Assembly (NCBI GenBank): GCA_963836235.1 | Contig: CAWIIP010000005.1 | Location: forward strand, 1 to 64,000 | DNA length: 64,000 nucleotides | Direction of reading: 5' to 3' | Source: an uncultured Pseudomonadota bacterium | GTDB taxonomy: Bacteria > Oederibacteriota > Muellerivitia > Muellerivitales > Muellerivitaceae | Part shown: positions 57,660 through 64,000 of the stretch, in pieces | Layout of the letters: each line of letters starts with the position of its first letter | How positions within the stretch are numbered: the stretch's first letter is position 1 | Notes under the pieces: model-generated | Told to the model about the DNA's origin: nothing | The model's database searches: none | Seen by the model: only the letters and a program-made list of their open reading frames with translations | Translations under genes and position numbers: made by a program

Positions 57660-58628
57660 CTATTTCGTTTCATTTCCAAACTTAAACGAAGCCTGCCATC
57701 CATATTTTCTTGAAAAATAGCGGTCTTTCCACTTCTTGGCTGGATGGTAATGGTGGGCCGATACGATTTCGAAAAAAAAGATACAGGAAAAAGGTACCGT
57801 CAGCCACAACAACACCGCCTCAATCGGCAGGTGCACATTGATGCTGTCCTGCCAGGCGCGAAGGAAAAGGCCCAGCATGGCCTGGGGCTGGTACCCCCAC
57901 CACTTCAAAGGCACCCCCATCGTCGGTTCCCAAATGATGGAAGTCACCAAAACGTAAAAAATCGTCAAGGTCATGGCCTGCCAGTTCACCAGGTTCTTGA
58001 CCACGCTATAGAAAAAAACCGTCGGCAGGAATACCGCGCCTAATAGGAAGAAGTAATACTCAGGACAGAGACCGGTACCCGGCGCCCAAAGATACTTGAG
58101 ACCAAAACCCAGGCAAACCAATAAAACAGCGGAAATGAAAAAAGGGTAAGAAATCCGGACAAGAAACTGTTCCAACCCCAATTTCAGGCGCTGGGATTCG
58201 GGGCTAGTGGCCTTCAGGAAATAGGAGTCACACCAGAAATAAACCAAGAGCATGGCCACGGGGCCGAGCAGGTAAAAGATAAACTCTTCATAGGGAATCC
58301 CTAGTAAAAATCCGCAATAGGAGCCTTCGAAAGTAAGGATATCTTTCCCAAAAACCAGGTCCAGTACCGACCCCCCCACCAGGATAAAACCCGTAGCCCA
58401 GTAAAAGGCCTTGCGACGGCGAGAACCCGGCACGGCCTCATGGAAAAAACGCGGCGAGAGGGCGACGATAGGCAGAACCCAAAAAAACTCACTGTGGAGA
58501 TAGGTTCGGTCCCAGAGATTGAAGAGCAATAAAGGGCACAACCAGCTGGCTATGACCACAATCAGCCAGTCGTAATTCAAATAATGGTGTAAGACACCAC
58601 CAGACACCACTTTGCTAGACTTAGCCAT
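57660..58628 (-). CDS. Membrane protein with duplicated lycopene-cyclase-like (CrtYc/Yd) domain
   Basis: Two halves ending GIPYEEFIFY and LPIEAVLLW. Confidence 0.6.
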   Translation of the reverse strand: MAKSSKVVSGGVLHHYLNYDWLIVVIASWLCPLLLFNLWDRTYLHSEFFWVLPIVALSPRFFHEAVPGSRRRKAFYWATGFILVGGSVLDLVFGKDILTFEGSYCGFLLGIPYEEFIFYLLGPVAMLLVYFWCDSYFLKATSPESQRLKLGLEQFLVRISYPFFISAVLLVCLGFGLKYLWAPGTGLCPEYYFFLLGAVFLPTVFFYSVVKNLVNWQAMTLTIFYVLVTSIIWEPTMGVPLKWWGYQPQAMLGLFLRAWQDSINVHLPIEAVLLWLTVPFSCIFFFEIVSAHHYHPAKKWKDRYFSRKYGWQASFKFGNETK

Positions 58629-58688
58629 TCACTCCGCCTCCCCAGACCGCACGATTTGTGAACCATTAAATTCCAAATAATAAGAATT

Positions 58689-59504
58689 TTATAAATTCGA
58701 AGGTGTCGCCGGAAGCACTTTCTTCTTATGAGGTTTGGACTCTTCGACATTTATCGCATCGACAGAATCGCACACATCCCTCATTGGATAAGGAAACCGA
58801 AGATTGTTTTTCAACAAAATAAAATCTAAGTCCTTTTTGTACAGATTTTTTATCTCCCCGCTTTTAAAACCGCAAGATGCCTCATCCCAAGCATAGGAAT
58901 GTAGTGTTACTTTTGTGCAAGTCGGTTTACCTTCTGCATATTTCAAATCATTTCTATACTCAATGATGTTAATTTGATCGGTTCCAGAAGATAAGACTTG
59001 TGTTTGGAGCCAACAACCAGCCTGAGTGCATGACTGGCTAGGAAATTGAAGAACACTTAAAAATTCTTTGTTTTTATAAATCAAAACATCGGAACTATAG
59101 TTATAAACACCATCATCGAACTTAGCGAGACCAACTAAGAGACCTTGGTGCTTTCTCCACGAAACTATTTCTGCAGAAACACTAAAAGCTTTTTCCTTTA
59201 GGATCATATGAAACTGGTCCTCATCAAATTGGAATACATAAACACTGCCAAGACCCACAAAACCGTTTCCGTCTTCCAAAAAAACAACAAGATCTTCTTG
59301 ATTTGAACCAGATAGGTTGGCAGTAAATTTATGTGGATAAACTTTCGAAGGAGCCCAATCAGGAAACTCTTGTTTTAAGTCATTCTCGAAATCATTAATT
59401 GCATATTTTTCTGCATTATCAAATCGAATTTGGCAATATGAATTAATAGGTAACGAAACAAGTAAAAACAAAAATAATACAGATTTTATTACGACCTCAG
59501 TCAT
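58689..59504 (-). CDS. Secreted hypothetical protein (AT-rich)
   Basis: Signal peptide; AGGAGG RBS. Confidence 0.7.
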   Translation of the reverse strand: MTEVVIKSVLFLFLLVSLPINSYCQIRFDNAEKYAINDFENDLKQEFPDWAPSKVYPHKFTANLSGSNQEDLVVFLEDGNGFVGLGSVYVFQFDEDQFHMILKEKAFSVSAEIVSWRKHQGLLVGLAKFDDGVYNYSSDVLIYKNKEFLSVLQFPSQSCTQAGCWLQTQVLSSGTDQINIIEYRNDLKYAEGKPTCTKVTLHSYAWDEASCGFKSGEIKNLYKKDLDFILLKNNLRFPYPMRDVCDSVDAINVEESKPHKKKVLPATPSNL

Positions 59505-59576
59505 AGAAATAACACCTCCTAGGTTGGACTCGAATCACTCTTTTGTTGTCTTTTCCGTCAACTACCTTGATCACCA

Positions 59577-60899
59577 TCAAAAATAGCCGATACCCACTTG
59601 GGGCTTATCCAGATTCGGCAAGTTTAACTTCCCATCTCGCTTGCCCATAAGCCAATAGGCCCTCAGCTCGCCCTTGCCCTTCACGTCAATAAGGCCTCGT
59701 TCTTCCATCAAATAACGCTTTTGCAAGCGCTCATAGACCTTTTCACTCACTTGAATCCGGCCCGCTTGGCTGTTGGATTCCATGCGATTGGCCACGTTTA
59801 CGGTGTCTCCCCATAGGTCATAGCTGAACTTCCGGCGGCCGATCACCCCGGCCACCACCGGACCGCAATGGATGCCGACGCGAAGTTCCAACTGATGGGC
59901 GCTGGTGACGCGCTTTTGAAAAACCTCCTGCATGGCCAGGGCCATATCCGCCATGGATTCCAAATGGCCGCTATTGGGTTTGGGCAGGTTTCCCACCACC
60001 ATATAGGCGTCGCCGATCGTCTTGATTTTTTCCAAGCTGAACTCTTCGGCTAGGATATCAAAAAGGCTGAAGATGCTATTAAGCATCGCCACCACCGCGG
60101 CGGCCGGCATTTGCGATGAAAACTGAGTAAAACCGGCGATATCGGCGAATAATACACTGGCATCCGGAAAAGACTCGGAAATGGTGGTATGCCGGCTTTT
60201 CAATTTTTCGGCGATGCTATCCGGCAGGATGTTCCTTAAAAGCCGTTCCGTCTTTTCATGCTCCCTCGTGAAAAGAACATGTTCTTCCTCCAATTGTTCG
60301 GAAAGAGTGCGTTTCAATCGAAACACAAAACCAATGGAAAAGAAGAGAATAAAGCTGTTTCCGGTGAGGTTGATCATCAAAAGATAAGGGGAATAGACCG
60401 GAGGGATGTGAAAACCGTGGGCCACCCAGTAACTTTCGGTCAGCAAGGAAACACCCACGAGGCCGATAAAAGCCACAAGCCAAAGCCAGGCCAAGGGCAG
60501 TTCCTGGAAAATAGCCACCAGGGGAGCCACGATGGCCCAAAGGCCCAACCCGCCCGTATGGGCGAAACCGCCGAGAAAGGACTGGGTTACGAAAGGGAAA
60601 AAAAGGCTTAAGAAAATATGCAGATGAAGAAGGGGCCGATAGAAGCGAGGCATGTAAAAGAAGGTAACTGCCATGCCCAGATCAAGGGCGCATATTCCAA
60701 AGCCAATCATGCCCCCAACCCACATCCCAAAGAAAATAAACAAAATGCCCGCGACCAGGGAGACTAAAAAACTGGCGATCACACCGGCCAAGAAAAGTTT
60801 CTTGCGAAGGCGAAGTTCCTCCGCCTCGTTCACATGGACGACGGAACCCACCGAATATTCCAGAAACTTCTCGAGGTAGTAGTAATAAAGATTTTTCAT
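59577..60899 (-). CDS. Membrane-bound class III adenylate/guanylate cyclase
   Basis: About six TM helices; LFADIAGFT, KIKTIGDAYM and YDLWGDTVNVANRME motifs. Confidence 0.93.
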   Translation of the reverse strand: MKNLYYYYLEKFLEYSVGSVVHVNEAEELRLRKKLFLAGVIASFLVSLVAGILFIFFGMWVGGMIGFGICALDLGMAVTFFYMPRFYRPLLHLHIFLSLFFPFVTQSFLGGFAHTGGLGLWAIVAPLVAIFQELPLAWLWLVAFIGLVGVSLLTESYWVAHGFHIPPVYSPYLLMINLTGNSFILFFSIGFVFRLKRTLSEQLEEEHVLFTREHEKTERLLRNILPDSIAEKLKSRHTTISESFPDASVLFADIAGFTQFSSQMPAAAVVAMLNSIFSLFDILAEEFSLEKIKTIGDAYMVVGNLPKPNSGHLESMADMALAMQEVFQKRVTSAHQLELRVGIHCGPVVAGVIGRRKFSYDLWGDTVNVANRMESNSQAGRIQVSEKVYERLQKRYLMEERGLIDVKGKGELRAYWLMGKRDGKLNLPNLDKPQVGIGYF

Positions 60900-60918
60900 T
60901 TAATGTGGCTTCTTCTCC

Positions 60919-62010
60919 CTAGTTCTTGCCTTTCCTTCCCATCATGTCCAAGGCAACCGCGATCACCAGGATGCTTCCCTTGATAATGGGTTGCCAGAAA
61001 GCCTCGGTATTCATCAGGCTCATGCCGTTATCCAGCGACGCCATGACCAAGCCCCCCAATATGGCGCCCCATACCGTTCCCCGCCCACCCATCAGAGAAG
61101 TCCCACCGATAACAGCTGAGGCGATGGCGTCCAGTTCCATCATACGGCCCGCGTCCGAGGTCGCCGCGCCAACCCGAGCCGTCAAAAGGATACCCGCGAT
61201 GCCCACCATGGAACCCATTAAAGTAAAAACCAACACGATATGTTGATTGATGTTGATGCCGGAATAAAAGGCCGCTTCCCGGTTACCACCGATAGCGTAA
61301 AGGTGCCGCCCAAAAGGCGTTTGTTGGGCCAAAATCGAGAAAAGGGCGGCGAAAAAAATCATCAATACCACCGGAACAGGAATACCCTGATAGGCATTCA
61401 TAATAGCGACGAAGATACCGACGAGGACCAATAAGCCGATCCATTTCCAACACCCTCCACTCTTAGCGGTGAAAGCCTTAGCCAAAAAAAACAGGGCGAG
61501 CAGCCCAAAAAGCACCCATCCAAATAATTGGGAAACATAAGCTTGGCCTACATAGAGATAGTCCGGCGTGGGGCTGATGGCCACACCACCGGTCAAACCC
61601 AATAAGGCGCCTTGGAAGACCAGCATGCCGCCCAGGGTCACGATAAAGGGCGGAATATTGAACCAGGTCACCAAGTGGCCTTGAACATGGCCTAGCAAGG
61701 CCCCCAGAAAGATGGTCACGGCAAAGGTGGCCCAAAGAGGCCAGCCATGGGTAACGAAAAGAACCGCCGAAACTGCGCCCAAAAAGCCCGTCATGGCCCC
61801 AACCGAAAGGTCAATCTGCCCCGCCACGATGACCAGCACCATGCCGATGGCCAGGATCGAAGTCACCGACATTTGCCGCATGAGCAGGGACAGGTTGCGG
61901 GGTTTAAGAAATGTTCCATCGGTGGTTATGGAGAAAATAATCCATATTACCAATAGTGCCCCCACCATCGTGAGCGCCCGCCAGGGAATGTTCAGTTTAT
62001 TTTCTTTCAT
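60919..62010 (-). CDS. xylH: Sugar (xylose-type) ABC transporter permease
   Basis: IDLSVG, PPFIVTLGG, GRHLYAIGGN and ELDAIASAVIGGTS motifs. Confidence 0.85.
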   Translation of the reverse strand: MKENKLNIPWRALTMVGALLVIWIIFSITTDGTFLKPRNLSLLMRQMSVTSILAIGMVLVIVAGQIDLSVGAMTGFLGAVSAVLFVTHGWPLWATFAVTIFLGALLGHVQGHLVTWFNIPPFIVTLGGMLVFQGALLGLTGGVAISPTPDYLYVGQAYVSQLFGWVLFGLLALFFLAKAFTAKSGGCWKWIGLLVLVGIFVAIMNAYQGIPVPVVLMIFFAALFSILAQQTPFGRHLYAIGGNREAAFYSGININQHIVLVFTLMGSMVGIAGILLTARVGAATSDAGRMMELDAIASAVIGGTSLMGGRGTVWGAILGGLVMASLDNGMSLMNTEAFWQPIIKGSILVIAVALDMMGRKGKN

Positions 62011-62062
62011 GCTTTCTCTTTTCTCCCTCTCCACTTGTGGGAGAGAAAAATAAAAAAATCGT

Positions 62063-63583
62063 TTATGCGCCAACTTTCAACGCCGCCGCGGCCAGAACTC
62101 TCTCAGGCGTCGCTTCCGCCGCTTCCAACTTGGCGGTCGTCCGCCCCTGGTTCAAAACCAAAACCCGGTGGCTCAATCCCAAAATTTCAGGAAGGTCCGA
62201 GGAAACAAGGACAATACCGATGCCTTGGGAAGCCAACTGGCCCATCAATTCGTAAATTTCCGATTTGGCTCCCACGTCAATCCCCCGGGTAGGTTCATCC
62301 AGTAACAGGACCTTTGGCTTGGTCATGAGCCATTTCCCCAGCACCACCTTTTGCTGGTTGCCTCCCGAAAGCTTGTTCGCCCAAACCAAAAGGTTGGACG
62401 CTTTGATGCGCATGGCTTTAACTTGAATTTCGCATTGCCGTTCAATGGCTGGATGGTCCAAAAACCCGTGTTTCACCAGCTTACGCATGAAAGCCAAAAT
62501 AAGGTTTTCCTCCACCGCGCTTTCTAAAACCAGACCGTATTTCTTGCGGTCCTCGCTCACTAGGGCCACACCCGCCTGAATGGCCTTTTCGGGCGAGGAA
62601 AAGAGTGGCTGGGGTTTCCCTTGGACCACCAGTGACCCCTGGGTTTTTCCCCGGGCCGCCCCGAAAAGTGAACTAAGAAGAGCCGTCCGGCCCGATCCCA
62701 TCAGCCCGGCGATGCCTAAAACTTCCCCTTGTCTGACTTCAAACGACACCTTTTGAACCACGTAGCGGCCCGGATTGACCGGGTCTTCAACGCTGAAATC
62801 CTTAACCGCCAAAAGGGTTTCTCCCATCGCGGTTCCGGGCCGGAGATAAAGGTTTTTCACTTCCCGTCCGACCATGTGGGAAATGATTTTTTCCTGACTC
62901 AATTGCGACATAGGCGCGGTCACGATGGACTTCCCATCCCGCAAAACGGTAACCCGGTCCGCGATCTGGCCCACTTCCTCCAAACGATGGCTGATATAGA
63001 TGGAGGAAACACCCTTTTTTTTCAGTTGTTTAAGGAATTCCAGGAGCCGATGGGCGTCGGCTTCGGTTAAAGCCGCCGTCGGCTCGTCCAGCACGAGGAT
63101 TTCGGCTTTTTTGGAAAGAGCCTTGGCGATTTCGATCATTTGCTGCTGGCCGATACCCAATTCCTTGACGGGCCTATCCAATCCCAGAGGTAGGCCCACC
63201 AAATCCAAGGCTCTTTGGGCCTCCCGATGAACCTCCTCCCATCGAATGAAGCCGCCTTTTACGGGCCAACGGCCTAAAAGGAGATTCTCGGCGACCGTGA
63301 GTTCGGGGACCAAAGCCAGTTCCTGGGCGATCAGGGCAATGCCTTTTTCTTCGGAAGCTTTCAGGTTTTTAAAATGAACAGGCTGATTATTGAGAAGGAC
63401 TTCACCGCCATAGGAGCCGGAGGGATGGTAACCGCAAAGGATTTTAATAAGCGTACTTTTGCCGGCGCCGTTTTCGCCGCAGAGGGCGTGAATCTCGCCC
63501 ATTTCCAGGTCAAAGGAAACGCCGTCCAGGGCCTTTACGCCCGGAAATTCCTTGGTGATGTTTTTAAGTTCCAACAAAGGCAT
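62063..63583 (-). CDS. xylG: Sugar (xylose-type) ABC transporter ATP-binding protein
   Basis: Two ABC halves; GENGAGKST, LSGGNQQK and DEPTRGIDVGAK motifs. Confidence 0.88.
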   Translation of the reverse strand: MPLLELKNITKEFPGVKALDGVSFDLEMGEIHALCGENGAGKSTLIKILCGYHPSGSYGGEVLLNNQPVHFKNLKASEEKGIALIAQELALVPELTVAENLLLGRWPVKGGFIRWEEVHREAQRALDLVGLPLGLDRPVKELGIGQQQMIEIAKALSKKAEILVLDEPTAALTEADAHRLLEFLKQLKKKGVSSIYISHRLEEVGQIADRVTVLRDGKSIVTAPMSQLSQEKIISHMVGREVKNLYLRPGTAMGETLLAVKDFSVEDPVNPGRYVVQKVSFEVRQGEVLGIAGLMGSGRTALLSSLFGAARGKTQGSLVVQGKPQPLFSSPEKAIQAGVALVSEDRKKYGLVLESAVEENLILAFMRKLVKHGFLDHPAIERQCEIQVKAMRIKASNLLVWANKLSGGNQQKVVLGKWLMTKPKVLLLDEPTRGIDVGAKSEIYELMGQLASQGIGIVLVSSDLPEILGLSHRVLVLNQGRTTAKLEAAEATPERVLAAAALKVGA

Positions 63584-63696
63584 GATGAACCGCCAAGGCG
63601 CCGAATCCGCCAAAAAAATCAAAAACAAACCCAGAGAATTTCTTAAAACTTTTTCTTCGTTGTCTCTTGGCGTTCTTGGCGTCTTGGCGGTAAAAA

Positions 63697-64000
63697 TTAC
63701 TTTTTATACACGTCTTCTTTTTTCTGGTAGCCGTCGGCTATGACGGTGGAATCTAAATTGGCCTTGTCCACCTCGATGGGTTCCAAAAGGATAGAAGAGA
63801 CGTCTTTCTTGCCGTTATTAACCGTTGAAGTCTTGTCCGTCAGGGGCTGCTTTTGGGCCAGAGCTATCGCCAGCTCAGCCGCCTTTTCCGCCAGTTTCTG
63901 GATAGGCTTATAGACCGTCATGCTCTGGGTACCCGCCACGATGCGCTGGCAACCGGCCAAATCCGCGTCCTGGCCCGATACCAGCACCTTTCCCGCCAAG
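63697..64000 (-). CDS. xylF: Sugar (xylose-type) ABC substrate-binding protein, 5' part outside the window
   Basis: SGQDADLA..QRI..GTQSMTVYKP motif. Confidence 0.85.
   Translation of the reverse strand, partial: LAGKVLVSGQDADLAGCQRIVAGTQSMTVYKPIQKLAEKAAELAIALAQKQPLTDKTSTVNNGKKDVSSILLEPIEVDKANLDSTVIADGYQKKEDVYKK

Noticed and set aside
58629-59576. AT-rich secreted gene as another site-bounded cassette
   Set aside because: No 28-bp site or half-site on either flank

Overview
Bacterial (diderm, LPS-producing) chromosomal window with nearly all genes on the minus strand. The core content is lipid A/Kdo/ADP-heptose and LPS genes (four GT9 genes including waaF, lpxK, waaA, lpxB, kdsA, kdsB, gmhA, gmhB, split hldE halves, msbA). 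It also holds a murA-his-trpEG block lacking hisG and hisE, rnhA followed by RNase P RNA, pyrG, citrate synthase, an EAL protein, a class III adenylate cyclase and a xylose-type sugar ABC transporter. A Thr/Pro-repeat secreted protein loosely suggests an FCPU426-like candidate lineage (weak inference). Two accessory islands (about 1.08-5.0 kb and 38.0-47.5 kb) interrupt the envelope gene clusters. The main observation is a 28-bp palindromic site (consensus TGTCCACGACGGG-TC-CCCGTCGTGGACA) found in one orientation at the junctions of accessory genes. Five copies separate four co-oriented genes at 43.4-47.5 kb, two bracket the first island, and two of the five are half-sites that break at the central TC. 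This resembles an integron-like, recombinase-driven cassette array with no recombinase in the window. Next to it is an unusual membrane-anchored ParB-like protein whose gene carries internal palindromes. Other items are an IS66 with intact inverted repeats and target duplication, twin covarying 55-bp hairpins, and an ORF6N-like gene remnant split by hairpin insertions. All product calls come from motif recognition only; no searches were run.
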